This document shows, piece by piece, positions 34,503-47,051 of a stretch of DNA of 64,000 nucleotides. Under the pieces are notes generated by a model. The model was not told where the DNA came from and did not search any database. It was given only the letters and a program-made list of their open reading frames with translations. Source of the stretch: an uncultured bacterium (GTDB taxonomy: Bacteria > Krumholzibacteriota > Krumholzibacteriia > Krumholzibacteriales > Krumholzibacteriaceae); assembly GCA_963813815.1 (NCBI GenBank), contig CAWFAD010000006.1, positions 1 to 64,000 on the forward strand. The letters run 5' to 3'. Position 1 is the stretch's first letter. Every line of letters starts with the position of its first letter. The position numbers and the translations under genes are program-made.

Positions 34503-35282
34503 GGCGGCATCTCGTGGCGTTCGGCGCGTTCGCGGCGGCCGCGGCCGTGGCCGTTCTCGCGGCGGGAACGGCGCTCGCCGATTCTCCGCGCGGCCTCGTT
34601 TCGAAGGGGAACCGGCAGTACGGCAAGAAGGCCTTCGGCGAGGCGCTCGAGTATTACGACAAGGCCTCCGTCAAGGCGCCCGAGTCGCCGATCGTCGCCC
34701 TCAACAAGGGGGCCGCTTTCTACCAGCAGGGCGACTACGAGAAGGCGCGCGAGCAGTTCAAGGAAGCGGCCTCGAAGACGAAGTCGCTTCCCTTCGAGGC
34801 GAAGGCCTGGTACAACCTCGGCAACGTCGCCTTCCGGGAGGGCGAGCGGCAGGAGGATAGCGACCTCCAAAAGGCGCTCGCCTCGCTCGAGGAGAGCGTA
34901 CGGAGCTACGTCACGGCGCTCGAGAAGGACCCGGAGCTCGAAGAAGCCGCCGAGAACCTCGAGACGGCGCGGCTCAAGATCAAGGACCTCCTCGACAAGA
35001 TAAAAAATCAGCAGCAACAAAAAGGCGATCAGAATCAGCAAGCAGCAGCAACAACAACAGGGGGAACAGCAAGAGCAGCAAGGCGCCGAGGATCAGGAAC
35101 AGCAAGCGGCCGAGGGGCAGGAACGGAAGGACGAGGAGAGCGCAGCCGACGAAACGAAGGAAAAACCCCTTGAAAGCGACAAGACGGCGCGGCAGATTCT
35201 GGACGAGGAGAAGGAGAACCGCAAAGAGCGCCAGAAGCAGGAAGGCCGCTCGAAGTACCGGCCCGTCGGGAAGGATTGGTAG
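34496..35282 (+). CDS. batC: TPR protein BatC with Q/E-rich linker, frameshift near 35040
   Basis: TPRs, AWYNLGN, Q-rich tract, shifted end ...RPVGKDW-stop. Confidence 0.85.
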
Positions 35283-37139
35283 ATGACGAGAGGATTCGGC
35301 ATTCTCGCGGCGACGATGCTCGTCGCGGCGGCCGTCGCCGCCGCGGCGCAGGAGATCGCCGTGCGCGCCGCCGTCGAATCCGAATCGGTCTACCTGGGGC
35401 AATCCTTCGTGTACCAGATACAGGTCGACGGAAGCGACGAGGTTTCGCAGCCCGATATCGCGCCGCTCGAGCGGCTCTTCACGGTCGAGTTCCTCGGCGG
35501 CAGCTCCAACAACAGCCAATCGATCACGATCGTGAACGGCCGCATGGAGAAGCAGGTTCATCGCGGCTACGTCTTTCAGTATCGCCTCACGCCCCGCGCT
35601 CAGGGAGATGTCACGATCCCCGCGATCGCGGTCAAGGTCAAGGGCCGGCCCTTTCAGACGAATCCCGTCCGCCTCGGCGTCAACCAGCCCGTCGAGACGG
35701 AGGATTTCAAACTGCGGATGTCGCTCTCGAGGGGGAGCTCCTACGTCGGCGAGCCGGTCGTTCTCACCGTGACGTGGTACATCGGGCGCGACGTGGAGGA
35801 TTTTCGCGTCACGATGCCCCTCCTCGACAGCCCCGATTTCGATTTCTTCGATCCCGAGACGAAAACCGACCCCAACAAGCAGTACTACCGGATCCCCGTC
35901 GGGAGCGGCCAGGTCATCGCCGAAAAGGGAACGGGCACGATCGACGGGCGCACCTTCGCGACGATCACGTTCAAAAAGGCGCTCATGCCGAAGCGCGCGG
36001 GCTCTCTCGTCGTTCCGCCGTCGACGATCGAATGCGCGGCCGTGAGCGGAACGCTTCGGGGCCGCGATTTTTTCGACGATTTCTTCCGCGACAACTTCTT
36101 CGGCATGCGGCGCGGCGCGATGCAGCGATACGTCGTGCCGTCGAACTCGCTCAGCCTCGCCGTGCGCGATCTTCCCGCCGCGGGCCGCCCCGCGAGTTTC
36201 GCCGGCCACGTCGGCGAGTACAAAATCTCGGCGAGCGCCACGCCCACGGACGTGAGCGTCGGCGATCCCATAACGCTCAAGATCATTCTCTCCGGGCCCG
36301 ATTACCTCGGGAACGTCGACCTGCCGCGGCTCCAGGACCAGAGCGAGCTCAACACGTACTTCAAGGTGCCCGATGAGCGCGCCGACGGGAAGATCGCGGG
36401 GCGCACGAAGGTGTTCACGCAGACGATCCGGGCGAAGGGCGAGAGCGTGAAGGAGATTCCCGCGATCGCGCTCTCGTACTTCGATACGAAAAGCGGCTCG
36501 TACCGGACCGCCTCGACGTCTCCCATCCCCATCACCGTGCACGCGACGCGCGTCGTAACGGCGGTCGACGCCGAGGGCGACGCCGCCGGCCCCCTCGGCA
36601 GCCCCCTCGAAAGCTGGAAAGAGGGGATCGCCTACAACTACGAGGGGCCGGCCGTCCTCGAATCGAAGGCGTTCGGGCTCCCCTCGGCGCTGCGGAGCCC
36701 CCTCTGGCTCGCGATGATCTTCGCGCCGCCCGCGGCGTTCGCGACGCTTTTCTCGTACGTCGCCGCGCGCCGCCGCCGCGAGGAGAATATCGAGAGCTTC
36801 CGCGCGCGCGGCGCCTACAAGAGATTGCGGAGCCGCCTCGACGGCGTGCGCGGGTCGGAGGCGTCCGGCGCGCGTCTCTGCGAGCAGGTTCTCGGCGCGA
36901 TGCGGGAGTACCTCGGCGACAGGCTCTCCGTCCCCGGCGCGACGCTCACTGCGGGGGACGTCGTCCGCGCGCTCGGAGAGCGCGGCGTCCCCGGAGAGAT
37001 CGTCGACGCGATGCGGGAGGTCATGGGCTCCTGCGAGGCGGGGACCTACGCCGGCGACCATTCGCCGGCCGCCGACAGGGAGAGCTTCATCGCTCGCGCC
37101 CGGGAGGCTGCGGAGAGCCTCGAGAGGGGGATGCGGTGA
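35283..37139 (+). CDS. batD: BatD-family protein
   Basis: SQSITIVNG, SYVGEPV, FAGHVG, LSYFDT, C-terminal TM. Confidence 0.88.
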   Translation: MTRGFGILAATMLVAAAVAAAAQEIAVRAAVESESVYLGQSFVYQIQVDGSDEVSQPDIAPLERLFTVEFLGGSSNNSQSITIVNGRMEKQVHRGYVFQYRLTPRAQGDVTIPAIAVKVKGRPFQTNPVRLGVNQPVETEDFKLRMSLSRGSSYVGEPVVLTVTWYIGRDVEDFRVTMPLLDSPDFDFFDPETKTDPNKQYYRIPVGSGQVIAEKGTGTIDGRTFATITFKKALMPKRAGSLVVPPSTIECAAVSGTLRGRDFFDDFFRDNFFGMRRGAMQRYVVPSNSLSLAVRDLPAAGRPASFAGHVGEYKISASATPTDVSVGDPITLKIILSGPDYLGNVDLPRLQDQSELNTYFKVPDERADGKIAGRTKVFTQTIRAKGESVKEIPAIALSYFDTKSGSYRTASTSPIPITVHATRVVTAVDAEGDAAGPLGSPLESWKEGIAYNYEGPAVLESKAFGLPSALRSPLWLAMIFAPPAAFATLFSYVAARRRREENIESFRARGAYKRLRSRLDGVRGSEASGARLCEQVLGAMREYLGDRLSVPGATLTAGDVVRALGERGVPGEIVDAMREVMGSCEAGTYAGDHSPAADRESFIARAREAAESLERGMR

Positions 37140-37972
37140 TGCGATACGTCGCGCGAGTCGCCGTCGCCGTCATCGCGGCCGGCGCCATCGTTCTCGCTGC
37201 CGCGTCCGCCCGGTGCGCGCGCCTCGGCGACGCCGAGATGCGCGGCCACCTCGCGCAGGCCGAGCGGGCCTTTCGCCGGGGCATGGAGCTCGACGTCTCG
37301 AATCCCGACTCGGCGCGCGCTTTCTACGAAGAGGCGATCCTCCACTTCGAGCGGCTCGCCAAGGACGGCGGCGTCAGGAGCGGCCCGCTCTTCTACGACA
37401 TCGGAAACTCGTACTTCCGCGCGGGGGACATCGGGCGCGCGATTCTCAACTACAAACGCGCCGACCTCTTCGCGGCGAACGACCAGAATCTGCGCCAGAA
37501 TCTCGAGTACGCGCGCAATCGCCGCGCCGACCGCATCGAGGTGAAGCAGCGCGAGCAGATCTATCGAACGCTCTTTTTCATCCACTACGACATTCCCTCG
37601 CGCGCGCGCCTCGTCATCTTCGCCGCGAGCTTCGCGGCGCTCTGGATCGCGGCCGGGGCGCGGCTCTTCGCGCGCGCCGGCGCCCTCCGGATCGTCATCG
37701 CGATCGCGGCGGTCGTGAGCGCGGTTTTCGCCGCCTCCCTCGTCGTCGACGCGGTCGGTCTTCGGCGGACTCCCGAGGGCGTCATCACGGCGGATGAAGT
37801 CACGGGCCGCATGGGGGACGCCGAAACGTACCAGCCGAGCTTCAAGGAACCGCTCCACGCCGGAAGCGAGTTCCGGCTCGTCGAGCGCCGCGTCGGCTGG
37901 TGGCTCGTCGAGCTCGAGAACGGGGAGCGCACGTGGATCCCCGACGGGGCCGCGGAGCTTGTCATCGATTGA
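37136..37972 (+). CDS. batE: BatE-like TPR/SH3 protein
   Basis: YDIGNSYFRAGDIGRAILNY, two TMs, LHAGSE...GWWLVELENG..WIP. Confidence 0.85.
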   Translation: MMRYVARVAVAVIAAGAIVLAAASARCARLGDAEMRGHLAQAERAFRRGMELDVSNPDSARAFYEEAILHFERLAKDGGVRSGPLFYDIGNSYFRAGDIGRAILNYKRADLFAANDQNLRQNLEYARNRRADRIEVKQREQIYRTLFFIHYDIPSRARLVIFAASFAALWIAAGARLFARAGALRIVIAIAAVVSAVFAASLVVDAVGLRRTPEGVITADEVTGRMGDAETYQPSFKEPLHAGSEFRLVERRVGWWLVELENGERTWIPDGAAELVID

Positions 37973-38028
37973 GAAGTAGGATACTCTTCGCGCATGGGAT
38001 CGCCCGCTACGGGAAAGGAGCAGGTCGA

Positions 38029-39435
38029 ATGAAGTCGCACCGCATCTTCGCTTTCGTCATCCTGTGTCTCGCCGCCCTCGCGGCGTCGACGGCCGCGTTC
38101 GCCGGGAAAGACGAATTGGGCATCGCCCCCGGCGTCCTGAAGGATCTCGAGGGTTCGTTCGAGCTCGATGAGCACGGCCGCGCCCTCATGAACGCGCTCA
38201 CCTCGAACGACGCGAAGAGCCTCGCCCTGAGCCGCGAGCTCCTCATGCGGCAGGACGAGATATTCAACTTCAAGATCGACGCGAAGGGAATCACCGACCA
38301 GAAATCGAGCGGACGCTGCTGGCTTTTCGCCGGGCTCAACATCATGCGCCCTGCGGTGATCAAGAAGCACAATCTCGAGAGCTTCGAGTTCTCCGAAAGC
38401 TATCTCTTCTTCTGGGACAAGCTCGAAAAGGCGAACCTCTTTCTGGATGCGGTGATCGAGCTCCGCGACCGCCCGCTCGACGACCGCGAGCTGCAGGTGC
38501 TCGTGAAGGATCCCATTCCCGACGGCGGCTGGTGGTCCTACGTCACGGCCCTCATCGACAAGTACGGAGCCGTTCCGAAAGAGGTCATGCCCGAGACGAA
38601 CAGCTCGAGCAGCACGGGCCAGATGAACGCGCTGCTGGCGCGGCTCGTGCGCCGCGACGCCATCGATCTCCGCGCCATGGCGTCGAAGGGAGCGGGCGTC
38701 CCCGCGCTCGAAAAGCGCAAGAACGAGATGCTGCGCGACGTCTACCGGTTGCTCGTCCTCCATCTCGGCGTGCCGCCGAAGGAGTTCGTCTGGAGATACG
38801 AGGACAAGGATAAGAAGATCCACGAGGCGAAGCACACGCCGTCCTCATTCTACCGCGACGTCGTCGGGGTCGATCTCGCCGACTACGTGTCGATCTTCGA
38901 CCACGCGGCGTACCCGTACCTCAAGTATTACCGCGTCAAGTACTGCCGCAACATGACGGGTATTCCCGACATGGATTTCGTCAACGTCGGCGCGAAGGCC
39001 TTCAAGGAGTACGCGCTCGCCATGCTGCTCGCGGGCGAGCCGGTCTGGTTCGCCGCGGACGTCGGCGCCGAGAACTACAGCAAGGGCGGCGTCATGCAGC
39101 CCGGCATCTACGACTACGAGGCGCTCCTCGGCGTCGATCTCGATCTCTCGAAGGCGGACAAAATCCGCACGTTCGACAGCTCGCCGAACCACGCGATGGT
39201 CTTGGTCGGCGTCGACACGCTCGCGGGAAAGCCGCTCAAGTGGCGCGTCGAAAACTCGTGGGGCGCCGACGCCGGGAAGAGCGGCTATTGGGTCATGCAC
39301 GACGAATGGTTCGACCGGTACGTCTACAACGTGATCGTTCACCGGAAATACGTTCCCGAGAACGTTCTCGCGCTCCTTTCGACCAAGCCGGAGGTGCTGC
39401 CGGCGTGGGATCCGATGCGCGAGCTCTTCAGGTAG
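38029..39435 (+). CDS. pepC: Secreted C1B cysteine aminopeptidase (PepC/bleomycin hydrolase)
   Basis: Signal peptide; DQKSSGRCWLFA, NHAM, VENSWG. Confidence 0.93.
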   Translation: MKSHRIFAFVILCLAALAASTAAFAGKDELGIAPGVLKDLEGSFELDEHGRALMNALTSNDAKSLALSRELLMRQDEIFNFKIDAKGITDQKSSGRCWLFAGLNIMRPAVIKKHNLESFEFSESYLFFWDKLEKANLFLDAVIELRDRPLDDRELQVLVKDPIPDGGWWSYVTALIDKYGAVPKEVMPETNSSSSTGQMNALLARLVRRDAIDLRAMASKGAGVPALEKRKNEMLRDVYRLLVLHLGVPPKEFVWRYEDKDKKIHEAKHTPSSFYRDVVGVDLADYVSIFDHAAYPYLKYYRVKYCRNMTGIPDMDFVNVGAKAFKEYALAMLLAGEPVWFAADVGAENYSKGGVMQPGIYDYEALLGVDLDLSKADKIRTFDSSPNHAMVLVGVDTLAGKPLKWRVENSWGADAGKSGYWVMHDEWFDRYVYNVIVHRKYVPENVLALLSTKPEVLPAWDPMRELFR

Positions 39436-39442
39436 GCCGCGC

Positions 39443-40183
39443 ATGCGCCGTATCAGCTGGAAGATCGCTCTCGGGACGTCGCTCGTCGTGCTCTCGGCCG
39501 TTCTCTACTACGTGCACTTCGCGGTCTTCCGAGATTCGCACCATATCTTCGTCTATCTTCTCGGCGACATCGCCTTCCTGCCGATCGAAGTGCTGCTCGT
39601 CACCCTCGTCATTCACCAGATTCTCACCGAGCGCGAGAAACGCCTCCTCCTGCAGAAGCTCAACATGGTGGTCGGCGCCTTCTTCAGCGAGGTGGGGATC
39701 AAGCTGCTCCGGTCCTTCATCGACGCCGACCGCTCGCCGTCGCCGAAGTGCGAACGGCTCGGCGCCGGGGCCTGGCAGCGGCAGAGCCTCGCGGATCTCG
39801 TCCGGGTCATGAGGGAGTGCGAGTACAGCCCCGCCGCCGCGCCGGCGGACCTCGAACGCATGAAGGCGATGCTCGCCGCCGAGCGCGGCTTTCTTCTCGG
39901 ACTTCTCGAGAACCCGAATCTTCTCGAGCACGAGTCGTTTACCAACATGCTCTGGGCCGTGTTTCACCTCGCGGAGGAGCTCGAGGCGAGGAGCGTTTTC
40001 TCGGAGCTCCCCGCCTCGGACGTCAAGCATCTCGAGGGAGACATGAAGCGCGCCTACACGGCGCTCACCGTCGAATGGCTCTACTACATGGATCACCTGA
40101 AGCGAAATTACCCCTATCTCTTCTCGCTCGCCGTCCGCACGAATCCCTTCGACCGGACCATTTCGGCCATCGTGAGCGAGTGA
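39443..40183 (+). CDS. Conserved hypothetical membrane protein
   Basis: Two N-terminal TMs; KLNMVVGAFFSEVG, LLENPNLLEHESFT, WLYYMDHLK..YPYLFSLA. Confidence 0.8.
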   Translation: MRRISWKIALGTSLVVLSAVLYYVHFAVFRDSHHIFVYLLGDIAFLPIEVLLVTLVIHQILTEREKRLLLQKLNMVVGAFFSEVGIKLLRSFIDADRSPSPKCERLGAGAWQRQSLADLVRVMRECEYSPAAAPADLERMKAMLAAERGFLLGLLENPNLLEHESFTNMLWAVFHLAEELEARSVFSELPASDVKHLEGDMKRAYTALTVEWLYYMDHLKRNYPYLFSLAVRTNPFDRTISAIVSE

Positions 40184-40228
40184 GGCCGGCCATCGGTCAT
40201 CGTCTTGTCAAATAAGGGCTTTCGCTTG

Positions 40229-40257
40229 TTGACACCGCGCGTTCGCTTCCGTATACT
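40229..40257 (+). promoter_or_regulatory. Sigma70 promoter of the ATPase operon
   Basis: TTGACA-17 nt-TATACT. Confidence 0.8.
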
Positions 40258-40311
40258 ACCCCAATACTATCCGCCGAGTTTATCCCAGTCGCAACGCGCG
40301 GGGGGACGTCC

Positions 40312-40665
40312 GTGAAGGAAGCCGTCCAGAAAATCCTCGAGACCGAAAGGGAAATGCGCGAGAGCATCGAACGGGCGCATGCGGAGTCGCAGAACATCGT
40401 GCGCGCGGCCGAGGAGCGCAGCCGGCAGGTCGAGGAGGAGGTCCGCCAGCAGGCGATACGAGAGGCGCAGGGAAAGCTCGACCGCATGAAGCTCGAGGCG
40501 GAGGAGGAGCGCTCGCGACGGCTCGGGCAAGCGCAGGGTGGGAGCGAGGATCTCGTCGGCAAGAAGACGGCCGAGATCAAGGCCGCGTCCGAGCGCGTGA
40601 CGGACCTCATTCTCGGCGTCGAGGCGAAGCAGGGCGAGCTTTTCGGCGGGGACGGCTCGCGATAA
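40312..40665 (+). CDS. V/A-type ATPase subunit G/H
   Basis: Charged coiled coil, first gene of the operon. Confidence 0.75.
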   Translation: MKEAVQKILETEREMRESIERAHAESQNIVRAAEERSRQVEEEVRQQAIREAQGKLDRMKLEAEEERSRRLGQAQGGSEDLVGKKTAEIKAASERVTDLILGVEAKQGELFGGDGSR

Positions 40666-40689
40666 TTCCCCGATAACGGCGGCGGAACG

Positions 40690-41751
40690 ATGATACTCGG
40701 GCCGATCGGCAAATACTCCCTCATCAACGCCAAGGTGCGGGCGCGCCTCAGCCGGCTGCTCCCGCCCGATACGATCTCGCGTCTCGCCGACGCGCGCGAC
40801 ATTCCCGAGTTCTACGGGGCGCTTCAGGGCTCGGTGTACGAGCAGGTGCTCGCGAAACCCGAGGTTTCCCTCGACCCGCGCGTCGCCGAGAAGCTCCTCG
40901 TCGAGCAGGAGGTGCAGTGGCACACGGAGCTCCTCAAGGATCTCCGCGGCCCGGCGAAGACGCTCATCGAGCTCATGCTCGAAAAATACGAAATCGAGAA
41001 CGTCAAAACGGCTCTCAGGATCCGGGAGGGAGACCGCGGCGCGGGGGAGCTCGCGTACATCATTCGCAAAGAGCTCCCGCACAGCCTTCCCTACCAGTCG
41101 ATCGCCGAGGCTTCCTCGATCGAGGACGTGCTGCCGTATTTCATATCGACGCCCTATCTCAACCCCATCAAAGCCGTTCTCGACGATTACAAGCAGCGCG
41201 GCACGCTTTTTCCGATCGAGATTTCACTCGAAATCGATTTTTACAAGCGCTTGCGGGCCGCGGTCGAGAAGCTCGACCGGGCCGATCGCCGGATCGCGCA
41301 ACGGCTCTTCGGGCTCGAGACCGACATGAAGAACATCAGCTGGCTCATACGGCTCAAGTTCTACTACGGGATCCCGGCCGGGGACCTCGGCGAGTACAAC
41401 ATCCCCGGCGGATACCGCCTCACGGGGGAACGGCTGCGCCAGGCGTTCATGGCCGATTCGATGAAGGACGTGCTCGGAGCCGCGCTCGACGGATCCTTTC
41501 GCCCCGTCGCGGAGCTCATGCGGAAGGAGGAGGAGCTCTCGAAGCTCTACCTCCTCGAGATCATTCTCTGGAGCTACATCGTCCACGAGGCGAAACGGAC
41601 GCTCGGCGGATTTCCGTTCACGATCGGGACGGTGCTCTCGTATCTCATCCTCAAGCGCACCGAGATCCGGAACCTGATCACCATTCTGAACGGCAAGCTT
41701 CTCAAGCTCGAGAGGGCGGATATCGAGACGCACCTCAGGAAAGCCTTCTAG
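40690..41751 (+). CDS. V/A-type ATPase subunit C/d
   Basis: YSLINAKVRA, YEIENVKT, YLILKRTEIRNL. Confidence 0.9.
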   Translation: MILGPIGKYSLINAKVRARLSRLLPPDTISRLADARDIPEFYGALQGSVYEQVLAKPEVSLDPRVAEKLLVEQEVQWHTELLKDLRGPAKTLIELMLEKYEIENVKTALRIREGDRGAGELAYIIRKELPHSLPYQSIAEASSIEDVLPYFISTPYLNPIKAVLDDYKQRGTLFPIEISLEIDFYKRLRAAVEKLDRADRRIAQRLFGLETDMKNISWLIRLKFYYGIPAGDLGEYNIPGGYRLTGERLRQAFMADSMKDVLGAALDGSFRPVAELMRKEEELSKLYLLEIILWSYIVHEAKRTLGGFPFTIGTVLSYLILKRTEIRNLITILNGKLLKLERADIETHLRKAF

Positions 41752-44184
<2,433 letters not shown>

Positions 44185-44224
44185 CCGCGGGATCGGAACG
44201 GGACCGCGCGAGGGAGCGTGCAGG

Positions 44225-44530
44225 ATGCAGTTTTTCGTCATCGGCGATGAGAGCACGATCACCGGATTCGGGCTCGTCGGAGTCGAGGGTGAGACGGTGG
44301 AAACCCCCGACGAGGGCCGCGAGGCGCTCAGGAGGGCGTTTGCCTCGCCCGATATCGGCATCATCGTCGTTACGGAGAGGATCGCGGCCGGGATCCGCGA
44401 CGAGATCGAGAAACATACCTTCGGGCGGAGTTTTCCGCTCATCATCGAGATCCCCGACCGGACGGGGCCCCTGCCGGAGCGGGTTTCCATCCGGCAGATG
44501 GTGCGTGCGGCGGTCGGTATCAGCGTCTGA
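44225..44530 (+). CDS. V/A-type ATPase subunit F
   Basis: VIGDESTITGFGLVG, PLIIEIP, VRAAVG. Confidence 0.93.
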   Translation: MQFFVIGDESTITGFGLVGVEGETVETPDEGREALRRAFASPDIGIIVVTERIAAGIRDEIEKHTFGRSFPLIIEIPDRTGPLPERVSIRQMVRAAVGISV

Positions 44531-44561
44531 CGCGGCGGCCAGGCGCGGGAGGGTACGAGCG

Positions 44562-45209
44562 TTGACGGAACAAGAATCGGTCGACAAGATCTGCGAGCAG
44601 ATCCGGGACGACGGGGCGAAAGAGGCCGGCTCCATCATGGGGAAGGCCCGCCGTACCGCCGACGAGATCGTCGCGCGCGCCGAGGCGAAGGCCCGCGAAG
44701 CCGCCGAGCGCATCGTGAAGGACGCGGCGGAACGCGGGGAGATCGCAACGCGGCGGACCCTCTCGAGCGTGAGCCTCGAGGTTCGCCGCATCAAGCTCCG
44801 CGCCCGCGAGGAGGTCGTGACGGCGGCCATGGCCCGGGTGGGCGCCGAGATGGAAAAGGCGCGGTCGCGGGACGATTACGCCGACATTCTCGCCGGTCTC
44901 GCCGTCGAGGCGATCAGCGTGCTCGAGGGGGAGAGCTTCACCGTTCACGCCGATCGCCGCGATATCGCGCTGCTCGAGTCGCGATCGTTCCCGCGCATCC
45001 GGGAAATCATCAAGGCGGAGGGGCGGTCCGCCCGATCGCTCGAGGCGAAGCCGCTTCCCGCCGCCACGCTCGGCGGCGTGCAGGTGAGCGTGCCGGGCGG
45101 CAACGTGCTCTTCGATAACACGTTCGAAGCGCGTCTCTACCGGTTCCGCGAGGAAACGAGGGCGATGATCTTCGAGGAGGTTTTCTCCGATCGCGACGCG
45201 ATCGAGTAA
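44562..45209 (+). CDS. V/A-type ATPase subunit E
   Basis: TTG start after GGAGG; coiled coil, LGGV...DNTFEARL. Confidence 0.9.
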   Translation: MTEQESVDKICEQIRDDGAKEAGSIMGKARRTADEIVARAEAKAREAAERIVKDAAERGEIATRRTLSSVSLEVRRIKLRAREEVVTAAMARVGAEMEKARSRDDYADILAGLAVEAISVLEGESFTVHADRRDIALLESRSFPRIREIIKAEGRSARSLEAKPLPAATLGGVQVSVPGGNVLFDNTFEARLYRFREETRAMIFEEVFSDRDAIE

Positions 45210-45272
45210 CGTTCCGGAGCGGCCGCGCCGCCGGGGGCGCCGCGGCGGAAGCGAAGAAAGAGGAATAGCGCC

Positions 45273-47045
45273 GTGCTTGAGATTATCGGAAAGGTAGCGA
45301 AAGTCGTCGGGCCGGTCGTGCACGCGCGGGGGATCGTCAACGCGAAGATGCTCGATCTCGTCGAGGTGGGCGAGGAGCATCTCGTCGGCGAGATCGTGAA
45401 GCTCGACCGCGATCGCGCGGCGATCCAGGTGTACGAGGATACGACGGGGCTGCGCCCGGGCTCGAACATCTACAGCCCCGGCGTTCCGCTCTCGGTCGAG
45501 CTCGGCCCGGGGCTCCTCGGCACGATCTACGACGGGATTCAGCGTCCGCTCGAGGTCATCCGCGACACCACGGGGAGCGGGTACATTCAGAAGGGCATCC
45601 ATGCCACCCCGCTCATGCGGGAGCGGCGGTGGGAGTTCGTCCCGACGATGGAGCCCGGCGCCGCGGTCGAGGGGGGCGAGATCGTCGGCACGATCCAGGA
45701 GACGGTGCTCATCGAGCATCGTCTCCTCGTCCCTCCGGACACGAAGGGACGAGTCGTGTGGGTGGCGCCGGCGGGCGGGCATACGGTGGACGAGGTCGCC
45801 CTGCGCGTCGAGACCCCGCTCGGCGGGAAGATCGAGGTGCGCTTTCACCAGCGCTGGCCGGTGCGCAAACCCCGGCCAGTGAAGGCCCGTCTCCCGCTCC
45901 GGCTGCCCCTCGTCACGGGGCAGCGCGTGATCGACACGCTCTTTCCCCAGGCCAAGGGCGGAACGGTCGTCGTGCCGGGCGGGTTCGGCACGGGCAAGAC
46001 GATGATCCAGCACGCGCTCGCGAAGTGGTGCGACGCCGATATCATCGTGTACATCGGATGCGGCGAGCGGGGGAACGAGATGACGGACGTGCTCATGAGC
46101 TTCCCCGAGCTCATCGATCCCCGGACGAAGCGGCCCCTCATGGAGCGCACGATCATGATCGCGAACACGTCGAACATGCCGGTGGCGGCCCGCGAGGCCT
46201 CGATCTACACGGGAATCACGATCGCCGAGTATTACCGCGATCAGGGGTACCACGTCGCGATCATGGCGGATTCGACCTCGCGCTGGGCCGAGGCGCTGCG
46301 CGAGCTCTCGGGCCGCATGGAGGAAATGCCGGCGGACGAGGGGTTCCCCGCGTATCTGCCGACGAGGCTCGCCGAGTTCTACGAGCGGGCGGGCATGGTG
46401 CAAACGTTCTCCGGCCGCGAGGGATCGATCAGCATCGCCGGCGCGGTGTCCCCGCCGGGAGGAGATTTCTCCGAGCCGGTGACGCAGCACACGAAGCGGT
46501 TCGTCCGCTGTCTCTGGGCGCTCGACCGCCAGCTCGCCAACGCGCGCCATTACCCGGCGATTTCGTGGCTCGACAGCTACAGCGAGTACGTGGACGAGAT
46601 CGCCGACTGGTGGCAGGAGCGCTCGAACGGCGAGTGGAGCGATCTGCGGCATCAGATCCTCGACCTGCTCCAGCAGGAGGGGAAGCTGCAGCAGGTCGTG
46701 AAGCTCGTCGGCCCCGACGTTCTCCCCGACACGCAGCGGATCGTTCTCGAGACGTGCGAAATGTTCAAGAACGCGTTTCTCCAACAGAACAGCTACGACA
46801 AGATCGACATGTTCTGCACGCCCGAAAAGCAGGTGAAGATGCTGCGCGTCATCATCGACTTCTACAAGCTCGGCGTCGAGGCGATTAAGAAGGGCGCGAA
46901 CATCCATCAGCTCAAGAAGCTCGAGGTATTCTCCGATATTCTCCGCATGAAGTTTTCGGTCTCGAACGACGAGGCTGGGAAGATAGACGCGATCCGCGAG
47001 AAGCTGCACCGCTCGATGCAGCAGGTAACGGAGATGTACGAATAA
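45273..47045 (+). CDS. V/A-type ATP synthase subunit A
   Basis: GGFGTGKT, GCGERGNEM, ADSTSRWAEALRE, VSPPGGDFSEPVT. Confidence 0.98.
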   Translation: MLEIIGKVAKVVGPVVHARGIVNAKMLDLVEVGEEHLVGEIVKLDRDRAAIQVYEDTTGLRPGSNIYSPGVPLSVELGPGLLGTIYDGIQRPLEVIRDTTGSGYIQKGIHATPLMRERRWEFVPTMEPGAAVEGGEIVGTIQETVLIEHRLLVPPDTKGRVVWVAPAGGHTVDEVALRVETPLGGKIEVRFHQRWPVRKPRPVKARLPLRLPLVTGQRVIDTLFPQAKGGTVVVPGGFGTGKTMIQHALAKWCDADIIVYIGCGERGNEMTDVLMSFPELIDPRTKRPLMERTIMIANTSNMPVAAREASIYTGITIAEYYRDQGYHVAIMADSTSRWAEALRELSGRMEEMPADEGFPAYLPTRLAEFYERAGMVQTFSGREGSISIAGAVSPPGGDFSEPVTQHTKRFVRCLWALDRQLANARHYPAISWLDSYSEYVDEIADWWQERSNGEWSDLRHQILDLLQQEGKLQQVVKLVGPDVLPDTQRIVLETCEMFKNAFLQQNSYDKIDMFCTPEKQVKMLRVIIDFYKLGVEAIKKGANIHQLKKLEVFSDILRMKFSVSNDEAGKIDAIREKLHRSMQQVTEMYE

Positions 47046-47051
47046 GAAACG

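Noticed and set aside
35005..35110. CAG/CAA-rich repeat tract
   Set aside because: Low-complexity Gln-rich linker typical of BatC; not a separate element or CRISPR
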